A stretch of DNA of 64,000 bases from Octopus sinensis. Taxonomy: Eukaryota. Each line of letters starts with the position of its first letter. Positions within the stretch are counted from its first letter, which is position 1. The DNA is taken from contig NC_043000.1 of assembly GCF_006345805.1 (NCBI RefSeq), positions 153,512,001 through 153,576,000 of the forward strand, written 5' to 3'. The notes under the pieces were generated by a model. It saw only the letters and a list, made by a program, of their open reading frames with translations. It was not told the DNA's origin and did no database searches. Made by a program: the position numbers and the translations under genes. Below, in pieces: positions 39,801 through 52,009 of the stretch.

Positions 39801-41260
39801 CTCTCGATGCTGTCACTGCCACGGTATAGATTAGATCACACAGTCTGTTGGCATTCGTGTAGTTTGTTTCTGCGCTCTTGTTACTTTTAATTATTCTTTC
39901 GAGTGGTTGCTTGTTCATGTGTCGCTTGTATTTACGTTGGTATTTACATAGAATCAATATTCATCAATTCATCTTTATTTTTTTCTTTCATTTTCCCCAT
40001 CGCGTCTGTTAGTTCCCTTCAATGTCTATGCTGAATAATCTCTTCTGATGCGTGTCTTTATTATTGTTGTTGTTAAGTCTGAAGTGGAGGGTATACTCTG
40101 TTGTGACCCTGTGTTCGGTTAAATGTTTCCAAGGGGATTTGTATGGTTTTCATCATCATTTTAGATTTTAGTTCTTTTTCCTCTATATCTGTTTTTTAGT
40201 TACTGTAATAACTTAACTGTTTTTTCCTTATAGTTTTCTACTGAGAGTTCTGTAGTATTTTTCGTTGAGTACTCATTTACTGTATGTATAGCCGTCTTTT
40301 CTTACGTAGAATCTTATGTATTTTGAATGTGTCGGATTTGTTGTGATACTTCGATTGTTTTATGGTAGATCGTGTTTTATGTGTAGTATAAGGTACACCC
40401 AGGAGAAACAAAAGTAAACAAAATGAACTCTTTCAAATACAAATAAAACGAAACAAACTTTTCTTTATAAAGAAAACAAAACGAAAAACTCCAAAGCTAT
40501 TTAAAAAGAATGTCAGTTGATAAATCAGTGCACTAGAAAAAGACGATGCATCGAAGTATAATGGATTTCGTAACGTGCGTTTCTAAGATTACGATACGAA
40601 AATAATGTAATTCCTTGTTGTAAAGCGTTGACCTTTCAAAAGGTTAAAAGGTTAACTCAAAACAAGGGCTATCACTTAGAAAATATCATTGTTTTATTTT
40701 GTTTCAGGTGCTTATTTTTTTATAAGTTCTGTTTCAATTTTTGAGATCTTATTGTTTATTATAAATCCGTATCCATTCGCCATTGTATTTGTATTTCTGT
40801 TCTTCCTCACTACGTTTCTTTTCCTCAAACATTCACTAGTCACTCTTATACAGATCATATGTGTTGGATATATTGTTGTTCTATGGTAGGAGCATAACAC
40901 TCCACCACAATATGTATAGAACCAATGTTCTTTTCTAAATATGTATTTATTCTGCATGATAATTATATGCTACAATCCTTCCTGTTTGAAGTTAGCTGCT
41001 TCAGAAGTCATCACTTCTCATCAACATGTTATATAAAGTTTCGTATTTTGATCTCAATAAACACAATTGACAAAATTCATCATACATCAGCGGATCATCT
41101 TTTTGTTGTTATCTGATTTTTCCATAGGCATTCTTATTAAAATTACTTTGTGGGGGGTTTTAAAACTGTCTCGGCTTGTCTTCTTTACTGCAAAAAGTCT
41201 TATTCGCTATGAAATAGTTTATTTTATTTCGCTTCTTGTGAGAGTTCACACGTTCCTTAT
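36813..41260 (-). mobile_element. Degraded near-full-length R4/Dong-type non-LTR retrotransposon (RT plus restriction-like endonuclease)
   Basis: Ordered minus-strand motifs: GFIINNKISKIETELIKK (40712-40770), NRLCDLIYTVAV, PEWLEKG, GMVWIYYEKGYNTLHYW (about 38853-38903; cf. WIDYKKAYDSVPHSW), KGVFHGD, LLYANGFKIYTKS (cf. LLYMDDLKLY), KYNRRHDRVG, DIIIKNRKGNAYLLI, TNILHDTLSVQ* (stop 36813-36815). The 5' boundary is approximate. Confidence 0.75.
37325..37732 (+). mobile_element. Internally deleted mariner element nested in the R4 LINE
   Basis: Imperfect TIRs at both ends, TA duplication at 37323-37324 and 37733-37734, and a transposase C-terminus (NHLNGK...EYFSPRTSGFWKRGLASLP...IVENEGEYI). Confidence 0.88.
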
Positions 41261-41689
41261 TTCCGTATGTATGTACGTTATTTATACAATATATATCTCG
41301 TGTGTGTATGTGTATGTGTGTATGTGTGTTTGTGTGTGTTTATTAATCGCACGCAACACATATGATATAATAAATACCAGTTGTACTTACTGAGATCGTT
41401 TTGTTTTGTTTATATCCAGAAGTTCAATCCGCTGTGTTTGGTTTGTCCCACATGCTCATCTCATTTACACATGTGTTGTATATTATTACAACAATATATT
41501 ATGTGGGTAATGATCACATGCAATACATAAAATGTATCAGTTGTACTTACTCGGGTCCTTATAACATCACTTTCTTGATTTTTCTTTTTGTTAATTTTGG
41601 TTTTGGAGATATTATCGGATTTATTTCACATTTTAGGCAGATATATATTTCCACATTGTTGTTTTTCAGCCTGGGCAGGAATTATTTAT

Positions 41690-41691
41690 TA

Positions 41692-41758
<67 letters not shown>

Positions 41759-41790
41759 CATTAACATTATCATTATTATTATTATTATTA

Positions 41791-41846
<56 letters not shown>

Positions 41847-41878
41847 TTTATTTATTTATCTATCTATCTATTTATTTC
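41690..41878. repeat. (TTA)n microsatellite
   Basis: Long TTA array ending in TATC/TTTA repeats. Confidence 0.95.
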
Positions 41879-41879
41879 T

Positions 41880-42265
41880 TTGTGCTGTTGGTACTTGGTT
41901 GCTAGATATCAAACTGCATACCCCTGTCTCAGGTGTCTTGCACTTTTCTTAGAGCCTTTGCTGAAGCAAGCAAACACCGTTTCTGCAGAACCAGGAAATT
42001 CATACCAATATTCAACAACTATTAACACTTCTTGCAGCTATTCCTATAACAACTGGAATAAAGATAAATTTACTGCAATGCCATGATCTAGAAGTTCGCA
42101 GATTAAGGTCCCCCTATTTTTTAGAGTTCTCACGTTTTGCCAACAAGTCTTGTGGCAAACGGAAAAGCAACATCGATTAAGCAATACAGTTTCCTCTTTA
42201 GTGAGTAGGATGATATCTAGGTGCGCATGTAATATTTTCCTTTCCGTTTGAATTTGCAAAGGTGG
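41880..42265 (-). mobile_element. R4/Dong-type LINE 3' fragment
   Basis: QIQTERKILHAHLDIILLTKEETVLL resembles the IQTD...RPDIV..K endonuclease segment. Runs into the (TAA)n array. Confidence 0.55.
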
Positions 42266-42280
42266 AGTATTATTATTAAG

Positions 42281-42465
42281 AATAATCCTTTCTACTAAAG
42301 GCACAAGGCCTGGAATTTTGGGAGAGGGGTTATGAATATTACATCGACGCCAGTATTTCACTGGTTCTTAATTTATCGACCCCGAAACGATGGAGGGTAA
42401 AGTTGACCTCGGCAGAATTTGAAGTCAGAACGTAAAGACTGACAAAATACTGCTAAGCGTTTCGC
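42281..42465 (-). mobile_element. SINE family B, 5'-truncated
   Basis: Core and AGGCCTTGTGCC...AGTAGAAA tail as at 29540-29570. Confidence 0.8.
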
Positions 42466-42467
42466 TT

Positions 42468-42920
42468 ATTGAGTGAGAGAGCAGAACATGCTATCAAAGG
42501 GACACTGGGAGGAAAATATACAAAACTCGGTACATCCATCATAACTACTCGTCTCATAAGGATACACTAGGCACATGCCTCAAAACTATATGTGCACGAC
42601 ATGGTGATCTCGTGTAAAGGCAAACAACGCGTGACCTTCCAGAGGTGAATTATTCAAACCTCAAAGAACTCCTCTCAACATATGACTATGATGTTCCCCC
42701 ACTACTTCTGCTCATGACCAGATATGCAGATATCTTCGGCCACGAAGGGACATACTCAACTGGTTAAGGTCAAACAACTGCCAAGCAAATCTGTGGTACT
42801 GAGCAGAATATTTGCTGTAGCCCATCTTTTATACCAAGACGAAACAATGTACATGATGACACTTCCAATCAGTAAAGATCAGAAGCCACGAGAGCCAGTG
42901 CCTGGTATTGCGTCAGGGGA
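42468..42920 (-). mobile_element. Unclassified non-coding repeat D, copy 1 (internal deletion)
   Basis: Diverged direct repeat of 43004-43550 lacking about 95 bp. Strand inferred from the CTCTCTCACTCAAT-(AAT)n end. Confidence 0.8.
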
Positions 42921-42945
42921 TATATCATCATCATCATCATTATTA

Positions 42946-42993
<48 letters not shown>

Positions 42994-43003
42994 CATTATT
43001 ATT

Positions 43004-43550
43004 ATTGAGTGAGAGAGCAGTGCATGCCATCAAAGGGACACTAGGGTAAAATATACGAAGCCCAGTATACCCATCATGACTACCCGTCTGATAAGGGTAC
43101 ACCAGGCAAATGCATCACAACCAAATGTGTGCGACATGGTGATCTCATATCAAGATAAACAGTCCATGACCTTGCAGTTAGAATTTTCTTCAGATCGAGT
43201 AGCCCATCCCGCTCAAAAGGTCCCTGAATAAGGGTTGTTTAAGGATGTTGAACTGAAATACCCATATTTCCAGAGATGAACTATCGAAATCCAAAAGAAT
43301 TCCTCGCAACACATAACAGATGCACCCCCACTACTTCTGCTCGTGATCTTAGACACCCATATCGTCGGCGACTATGGGACATGCTCAACTGGTTAAGGTC
43401 AAACAAATGACAAGCAAATATGTGGTATTGAGCGGAATATTTGCTGTAGCCAATCTTTTATACCAAGATAAAACAATGTACATGATAACACTTCCAACCA
43501 GTTAAGATGAGAAGCCATAAGAGCCACTCCCTAGTAGTGCATCAGGGCAT
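43004..43550 (-). mobile_element. Unclassified non-coding repeat D, copy 2
   Basis: Flanked on both sides by (TTA)n arrays. Confidence 0.8.
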
Positions 43551-43554
43551 TTAA

Positions 43555-43657
<103 letters not shown>

Positions 43658-43744
43658 TTATTATTATTATTATTATTATTATCATTATTATATTATTATT
43701 ATTATTATTATTATTATATTATTATTATTACCTGCTAATTTATT

Positions 43745-43960
43745 TAGCAGAGATGTTATCATAAATATGGTAACAACACGCCCCTTGAAATCTCAAGACC
43801 TTTCTTTTAGGTTTCTTGCTGAACACAGGTTCGCACTTTTCTACATAATGGGTCTTAATTCCTATTTCTTTCAATCACTTAGGCAGCAATTTGGATATTG
43901 TGCCAAGTACACCAATTACTATCGGTCTATCTTTTCACCTCTCAGGCTAAATCCAGTTAT
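43745..43960 (-). mobile_element. R4/Dong-type LINE extreme 3' fragment
   Basis: RPIVIGVLGTISKLLPK*LKEIGIK...RKVLR matches the PIVIGALG...LRKVL C-terminus. Followed by (AAT)n at 43552-43730. Confidence 0.65.
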
Positions 43961-44689
43961 TTCTCAGTTATATCAATTTCTTTGGTATCCACTCTGTTAT
44001 GATATGGTATTAGATCATCATCGTCATCATCATTATCAGCAGCAGCATTAGCATCACTACCACCCACCATCACCACTAACACCACCACCACCGCCATCAT
44101 CATCATCGTCTTCATTATCATAATCATTATCATCAATATCTTCATCGTTATTGTTGTTATTTTCATTGATGTTGTTGTCAAGATTCGTCGCTGAAGAAAA
44201 CAAAAACTTACAGTATTTAGTTATTTGTCCTACTGATTTTATTTCAAGATGCCAAGGGCGATTGAATTTCATCAACTAATGTGTGGCCTAGTTCCACATA
44301 TTTCATTCTTACAATTATGATTATTATATACCTTCTGTGCTGACGACATTACCAGTTAGTCACTTACATATTCTACTGCAATTGCTCAACGTAATTTTCA
44401 TCTAGAAAATAATTCCATTGTGGCCAAGAATGATGAATTTCAATTAAACATATAAGAATCTCAAATACTTGCTGAAAACATTAGGTTTAGGAAACAAAAT
44501 GGCTGAAGGTATTGGTTTGTTAACGTACTATCATTCTTACACCAAGCTACTGACGCCATGATTATTGCAAACTAGTGATTTAAGTTTTTGTTCTGTGTAA
44601 TATTTATTATTTTATCCTTGGTATTGGACAGCTTCTTTTACCGAAAATATATACATATATCAATATTACATGTATCGAAAATAATATAT

Positions 44690-44776
<87 letters not shown>

Positions 44777-45487
44777 CATATATATATATACACATATATA
44801 TATATGTATATATATGTATATATGTATACATACATGCATATGTATGTATGGATATATATATATATATACATATATATACACATATATACACATATGTGTA
44901 TATATATATATATATATATACAAATAAACGTATATGTATACATATATATGTGTGTGTGTGTGTGTGTGTGTATAGTATACATATATATATATGTGTGTGT
45001 GTATGTGTATGTATGTATATGTATATAAGCATCCACAAACACTCTATGTATATGTGTAATATATTCCCGCCTGGTTTCATTAATTCTGTCTGCTGTTTGT
45101 ATGTTTATGTTTTTCTTTGTGCTTTTCTGCTCATGTTTCGATTTAACACAACCGCTCACTCCTACGAACACACACATACATGTGTATTCAAACTCACAGA
45201 CACACTCCCGAGAACACCACACATTTATGCTCATACACAGAGTGACATATGCTGTTCTAAGTTATATTCTATTATTTTGTTTTGCTTTTCTTGTTATGTG
45301 TGTGCTTATATATATATAATATATATATATATATATAATATATTATGTATGTGTGTGTGTGTGTCTGTGTCTGTGTGGGTTTGTATGCAATAATATACAT
45401 ATATACATATGTATAGATATGTATATATATACACCCATGTATATAGATATGTTCATATACACTTAGCGCATATATATATGTGTGTGT

Positions 45488-45524
<37 letters not shown>

Positions 45525-45560
45525 CATATATGCAAACATATGCGTGTGTGCGTGCCTCGT
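44690..45560. repeat. CA/TA/GT microsatellite field
   Basis: Simple repeats. Confidence 0.9.
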
Positions 45561-45805
45561 TTCTGTATAGACACACAAGCTGAGCACGCATACACCTTTA
45601 TATATTTATGTTTCTTTGCTACGCTGGCGATGGGTATTCGGTGTGTGATATTTCCGTCTGTTCGAGTGCACTTTCTGTATCAGTTTTTATATCATCCACC
45701 GTGGTCCTCGGGTCTCCTGTATCATCAGTAGCCATATCTGAATCATATCATCGGTGTAATTACTTTTTGTTGCATAATTAAGTTCTTCTATGTTCTGCGT
45801 ATACA

Positions 45806-46478
45806 TCTTCTTCCAACTTCGTCAACGAAGAATTAGATTAAATATTGTATATAGACAATGTTTCAAATTACGTATTGAGTTGTCTTAATTACCAAACAGA
45901 CGGCGCAACTATGTTTCGACAACGTCTTTATCATTGGAAACAGTATCAAAGCATAGACATGTGGTGTTTCCAGAGGATACATGTGGTGTTTCCAGAGGAT
46001 ACAAGTAAGAGCAACAGGAACAATAAATTCAAAAACACAATAAATGCCCACAATTCTACCCTGCCTTCAACTGAATTTATTGTTCCTGTTGCTCTTACTT
46101 GTCTACATGTCAGTTCCGAATGAGAAAAACCTGTCCTCGAAACTGGATAAAAATCTGTATTAAAGATTTTCCAACCCCTATGACCAAGGTAGTAGGTCTT
46201 TGCAAAATGAATCATTCTTTGTTTTTAAATTCATCGAATTATGCAATATAGCTTTTCTGTTACACCTCCTTTCATTTGAATTCATATTTTTATTATATTT
46301 CATGTATTCTCTGGAAACACCACATGTCTATGCTTTGATACTGTTTTCAATGATAAAGAAGTTGTCGAAACATAGTTGCACCCTCTGTTTGGTAATTAAG
46401 ACAACTCAATACGTAGCTTGAAACATTGTCTATATACAATATTTAATCTAATTCTTCGTTGACGAAGTTGGAAGAAGA
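45806..46478. repeat. 178-bp inverted repeat pair with nested 31-bp perfect inverted repeat
   Basis: 45806-45983 versus 46301-46478 has 7 mismatches by manual count. 46001-46031 versus 46072-46102 is perfect. Confidence 0.95.
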
Positions 46479-48196
46479 CGCTAAATATTTTCGGGTTACT
46501 ACTTACTGTAATTCTTTCCTTTCAGTCTTTGAATAGCTGAATTTCTTCTTAAACTTATTTGCCTGATATTTATTGATATTCTTGGAGATTGATAAACTAT
46601 AAACTCTATAAATTTCTCAGTTAACGTATGGAATGACCTTAACTAGTTGAATGCAGAGTAAGGGATAGTACTGATAACCCTTCCAGTCCTTCTGATATCG
46701 GTGAAATTGATCCCATTAATGTTTTGTTTAAATTCTAATATAAAATATAAACGTCCAGTTACTGGTTGTCCCAACTAATGTTGGCCGATCCAGGAGGAAC
46801 GCTATTTTATTAGGAAAGTGAAAATAGCTCTGCGCATGCTTCAATCATTGGAATCAGATTCATTCACAAGTAGTTGTCGGACCATACTAGACGCTAGTAT
46901 TTCGTTGCATAAAATATAGCAACCTTTCGAAAGGCATACCAATTGAAATATTAACCAATAGCTTCTGAAATCATCAATTTAATTCATCGCCTAAATTAAT
47001 ACCATCATCTGATCCTTGGGTGTCTTTAGTAGAATCCACCTTGTTACAAGCATTTGGAAGAGGTCTCAAGTTTGAGAATAGTTTACTTCTATCAGTGTCG
47101 GATGTTCAGAAAAGGATTATGCAGTGGCATTGTAAGTGGCACGTTGGTTACTAAACCTGCAGAAAATTATTTCACGTGAAAATCTCTCTGGGAAGTAGAA
47201 TGTAAAATAGATCAACTAAATATATAGGTTTTAAAGTAGTTGAGCACGTGGATTCAAATGAAACTAGGTAAGCATGGAAAATCTGTCTCAAAATATATTA
47301 TTAGAAGCACAAAATATATATAATTAGAAGTTACATAACTTGATCGGATATATGCTAAATGCGTTTGTGAATGTAAAAGAAAGTCTATATCTGATGCATG
47401 CGTGAGCACGTGTATGTATGAGTGCGTCGGCATCAGAGTGTACAAGTGTAGTTTATACGCATATGAATGTGTGTTGGTGTGTGTGTATATGTCTTTGAAT
47501 GTTTGTGTGCGTGTAAATGTGTAGGATTGTTCGTGTATATGTCTCATACAGGCATAAAAATAGCTGACATATGGCAAGAGGTTTATTTTAATACACTTAT
47601 ATGTAATATAGAGAAGCTGTATCACAACTTGTAACGTGTGTGTTTTGTTAAGAGGCGGTGTTTGAAATGTAAGTTACTCGGTTACAGGCCGGATCGCACC
47701 AAAACATACACATACTTCCGCTATTATGCTCCTAAGGTCCATATGAACAGAATTGTATGTGTTGTGTGTGCATATTATATTTATATATATATAATATATA
47801 ATATATATATATATAGATATATATATATATATATATATTATACATACATACATATATACATACATACATACATACATACAATACATACATACTACATACA
47901 TACATACATACATACATACACACGCTTTTATATAATTCTTGGAATTTGTAATATATGAATATAGCAGACTGTAAAATAGATTGCAGATTACTTTTAGGTG
48001 TAAGTACCTAACACTGCTCAGAAAGCATATGCACACACATGATGCATAAAGAGTGATTAACGCTCGTTTAGACAAAGACAAAAAATTATGATTCCATTCA
48101 TATGTATATCATATTAGGCACTTAAACTTTTATAAACATCACGGTGAGTTTCTCGCTGCCGATTACACAAACGATTGCAGAAAGCCGTAGCACTTA

Positions 48197-48448
48197 TCTC
48201 TCTATATATAAACGGCAGTTTGTCTGTCTGTGTGTCTGTCAGGTTGTACCCTCACCCTGACCACGGCTTTCAACCGATTCTGATGAAACTTGACACACAC
48301 ATAGCCCAATGTCATAATTCAAAACTAACGCAGCGAAAATTTTGAATATCTTTCACAAATTGGCAGGAATTTTTTTTAATTCCCAGCGAGCATCATGTCC
48401 GCTCCAGGGGCTCTTACATACCCGGGCAATGCCGGGCTATGCTGCTAG
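48197..48448 (+). mobile_element. Non-autonomous Helitron, subfamily H2 (short)
   Basis: A|TCTCTCTATATATAAACGGCAG...CCCGGGCAATGCCGGGCTATGCTG-CTAG|T. Confidence 0.85.
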
Positions 48449-48572
48449 TATATATATATATATGTCCCTTTTTGTATCCTCTAACTGTCTAGATGTTTTG
48501 CGTTCTTGTCCTGTTTTGGTATTTCTTTTTTATAAATATAACGGCGTACGTACACTTTGGTCTCATATGTAA

Positions 48573-48624
<52 letters not shown>

Positions 48625-49296
48625 AATTTTGTACGACTCAATTATTCTTTCATTCTTTCCTTCTTTCTATCAGCCCCTTCACACTTACTTCGTTTTTTTC
48701 CATTCTTTTTTCTTTCGTCCCCCCTCTCTCACATTTCCAGGCTTTCTCTTCATTCTCACCTTCCCTCCTCTTTCACTTCACTCTGTCCCTTTTCTTTTTT
48801 CTCGTCCCTCCCTAATTCTTCTATCCCTCTGCCTCTACCTCTCTCTTCTCTCTCCACGTGATCGGTGTTCGGCCAAGCCTAACTTTTATTTCGTGGTTCG
48901 ACCATCCGTGCAACATCTATATCCCTCCCTATGCTTGTCATTCCCTATGTCTCTGCCGTAAGGCTTCACTTCCACACACGCCAGCTTAATTTAATTTGTT
49001 CTTAGTCGAAAGACACCTGTTGTTAATATCCTAATTTGCATTTGGATTTGTGTACCATTTCTCCGTTTTTTCTATCCTTTTTTTCGTATACATTGGTTGC
49101 TTTCTTCCAAGGAACCTATTGCTCTTCGTTTAGATTTTCCTTGGGGCTGGCCAGATTTGAGCAATCTCGAGTATAAGCAGCCTAAATTGCAAAGATAATC
49201 TAGAACTCGACTGAAGAAAGAAAACTCCGAGTGACCCGTCCTTGTTTTTTTTATCGTCTGTCTTGATGTTTTGTGAACTTGTCCCATTTTTGGTAT

Positions 49297-49335
<39 letters not shown>

Positions 49336-49763
49336 GAATTACCTTTGCATTGTTTTTTTTTTATTCATTAACGAATTCTGTGGAACGAAATACTGGTCAA
49401 TCTACTGCCTTATGATCATTTCTGTAAATAATGAAATTTTTAGGTACCATTCAACATAAAATGCTATTTTGCTTAGAGGTGGATTACTAATGTGAATGGG
49501 ACGTCGCAGAAATAGACTTGTATACATACATACAGACAAGCATAATATATAGATGCATGGATGAATGTTTGTACATTCCATCATTTGAATCCTTGGTTCA
49601 TTGAATTATTTTGCAGGTGGGTGTGCATTCTAAAGACACATTACACGTTTTGTATTTCTTTGGCAGAATCAGCGTGACACACTGACAAGTTGTATCTTTT
49701 GAAGTACAAATAAAATCCACACAACGAGTTCTTACATAGTTTTATCTTCTCGATTCCATATAT

Positions 49764-49813
<50 letters not shown>

Positions 49814-49816
49814 TGT

Positions 49817-50192
49817 GGAGGTGCAGTGGCCCAGTGGTTAGGGCAGCGGACTCGCGGTCATAGGATCGCGGTTTCGATTCCCAGACCGGGCGTTGTGAGT
49901 GTTTATTGAGCGAAAACAGCTTCACGAGGCTCCGGCAGGGATGGTGGTGATCCCTGCTGTACTCTTTCACCACAACTTTCTCTCACTCTTACTTCCTGTT
50001 TCTGTTGTACCTGTATTTCAAAGGGCCAGCCTTGTCACTCTCTGTGTCAGGCTGAATATCCCCTGAGAACTACGTTAAGGGTACACGTGTCTGTGGAGTT
50101 CTCAGCCACTTACACGTTAATTTCACGAGCAGGCTGTTCCGTTGATTCGGATCAACCGGAACCCTCGTCGTCGTAACCGACGGAGTGCTCCC
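49817..50192 (+). mobile_element. SINE family C, tail type 2
   Basis: Same tRNA-like head and body as 537 and 59174, with an unrelated 3' part of about 190 bp. Confidence 0.85.
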
Positions 50193-50239
50193 ATATATAT
50201 ATAGTGTATATATATGTATGTGTGTGTGTAGCGTTTATA

Positions 50240-50612
50240 AACTTAGATATGTTTCAACCAAAGATTGGTCCAGGCCATGTCTAACTTAATAGCACCACCT
50301 GATAGGATTATCTAAATACATTTTAAGTCAAGTTTTTTGTGGTATTATGGTTCATTCAAGTAATGAGCTTTTGTTGAGTGAGTTGTATCCAGGTATAGGT
50401 GGCTTACCTGGTATCCCTTGAAGAAATTTGTCCAGACTCCGTTTAAAGGTGATGGGATCTTTTCCTCTTTGATCAGTTTTGGGACAATGTTAAGCAGGGC
50501 AGGGTCTGTTGAGGAAAAGAAACTGTGTCGCAGTGTACCTATATATTGTGATCTTGAATTGGACAGGAGACGTATGGCCCGTGGTCCCAGCCTTGGATGA
50601 ACCTTGAAGCTA
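50240..50612 (-). mobile_element. 3' end of the CR1/L2-group LINE family of 24085-25945
   Basis: Shares GGCCATGTCTAACTTAATAGCACCACCTG and CCAAGCCTTGGATG/CCCAGCCTTGGATG segments. Confidence 0.85.
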
Positions 50613-50857
50613 AATATAAAATTCTTTTGAAGATACTCTTTTCGATCGTGTTAAATTCATCATTAAGGTTAACGTATATGTCAATTCTTTCTATCAATGC
50701 TTCAAGCATTGGTGTAACCATGATGTTCTTGTGATCTGGTGCGCTAGCCTTATTTATTTGCATTGATTTGAAAATGCACGATTGTATTGTGCAATGCGTA
50801 GTATGTATTTTGGCGCAGACATGTAAAATAATTTATTATAAACAAGAATTATCATTA

Positions 50858-50903
50858 TTATTGTATGATGAAGGCTGCGAAACGGCTGTAACCGTAAGAA
50901 TAA
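50858..50903 (+). ncRNA. Degenerate minimal hammerhead motif (C3 to A)
   Basis: TTATTGT-ATGATGA-AGGCTGC-GAAA-CGG CTGTAA CCG-TA-AGAATAA. Stems I and III pair, but the core is mutated. Confidence 0.45.
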
Positions 50904-51152
50904 CAAAAAGTTACATAAATGCATTCACCTCTGTAACTTCTTGACAATTTATGGTTGATATACTCCTCATGAAATATTTTCATTAGTTGGGTCACCTGGC
51001 TTTCAGCAGCACAGAACTCTGTCTTGAACTCCTCTGTGTTGGATTACTGTGGTATGAAATTCCGGTCCGCTAGAGAAGCCTTCTGTGATAGCCACAAGAT
51101 TCTATAAATTCATATATATTGCACTACAAATATAAATATATATATATATAAA

Positions 51153-51296
51153 TGGTTGAGCTTCCTTCAGTTTCCGTCAAGCAAATCCACTCATAAGGTT
51201 TTGATCGATCCGAGGTTATAGTAGTATAGACACTTTCAAGACTGAACCTGGAACTGTGGTTTTAGGAGGCAAACAAACTCCTTACCAGAGCCACCC
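51153..51296 (-). mobile_element. Old SINE family A head fragment
   Basis: CTTCAGTTTCCGTC...AAATCCACTCATAAGG...ACTGAACCTGGAAC. Confidence 0.65.
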
Positions 51297-51608
51297 GTGC
51301 ACGTTCTGTCATTTTTCCTCTTACTTTATCTTCAATAACTATTAATTATACTTTTGTTAATTTTTCTATTATTTTCTCGTGTCTGCCCTCTTGATATGTA
51401 AGAATATTATTTCCTTTCGTTCACACTGCGTATATTATATGCTGTTCAGCTGACTGTTAAAGATATCTGACTGCCATAGAGACTTAATTGCTACAGATAT
51501 GTGAATACTTGCAATTACTAGTATTTGTTTTAATGTTTTATACTAATTGAGATCTATTTCCTTAGCTTTATGTTGCTTTAAGGTATACTTCTTTTTTTAT
51601 GTCTGATA

Positions 51609-51981
51609 TCTCTCTATATATAAACGGCAGTTTGTCTGTGTGTGTTTCTGTGTGTCTGTTAGCTTGTACCCTCACCCTGACCACGGCTTTCAACCGATTC
51701 TGATGAAACTTGACACACACATAGCCCAATGTCATAATTCAAAACTAACGCAGTGAAAATTTTGAAAAGTTCCCCCAGTTCTGAAAAAATCGATAAATTC
51801 GACATGGGGTCGAGAATCAGAAACACAAACCACAGACTGTCTAGGGGACGCAACTCAACCTTTTTAACTAAAAAAAAAAAATTTACCATCATTTTTTACC
51901 CATTTTTTGGCTATAACTCTCTAAAAATGCTTTATAGTTATTTCCCTTACAAACCCGAGCAACGCCGGGCGATACTGCTAG
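51609..51981 (+). mobile_element. Non-autonomous Helitron with H2 5' part and H1-type 3' part
   Basis: A|TC start shared with 48197; the 3' ~100 bp is shared with the H1 copies; ends CTAG|T. Confidence 0.88.
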
Positions 51982-52009
51982 TAAGCACTAAAAGCACTTA
52001 ACGCTTTTG

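Noticed and set aside
43480-43550. Faint 5S rRNA-like similarity at the presumed 5' end of repeat D
   Set aside because: Only a short gapped match; no recognisable 5S internal control region.
46560-47100. Possible coding remnant on the minus strand
   Set aside because: Short open stretches without a recognisable RT, transposase or host motif.
48278-48290. CTGATGAAAC inside Helitrons (also near 51700)
   Set aside because: No stem II, stem III or cleavage triplet; it is part of the Helitron body.
51004-51048. Small AG...GT-bounded plus-strand segments (also about 62096-62128)
   Set aside because: Such matches are expected by chance in 64 kb, and there is no protein similarity.
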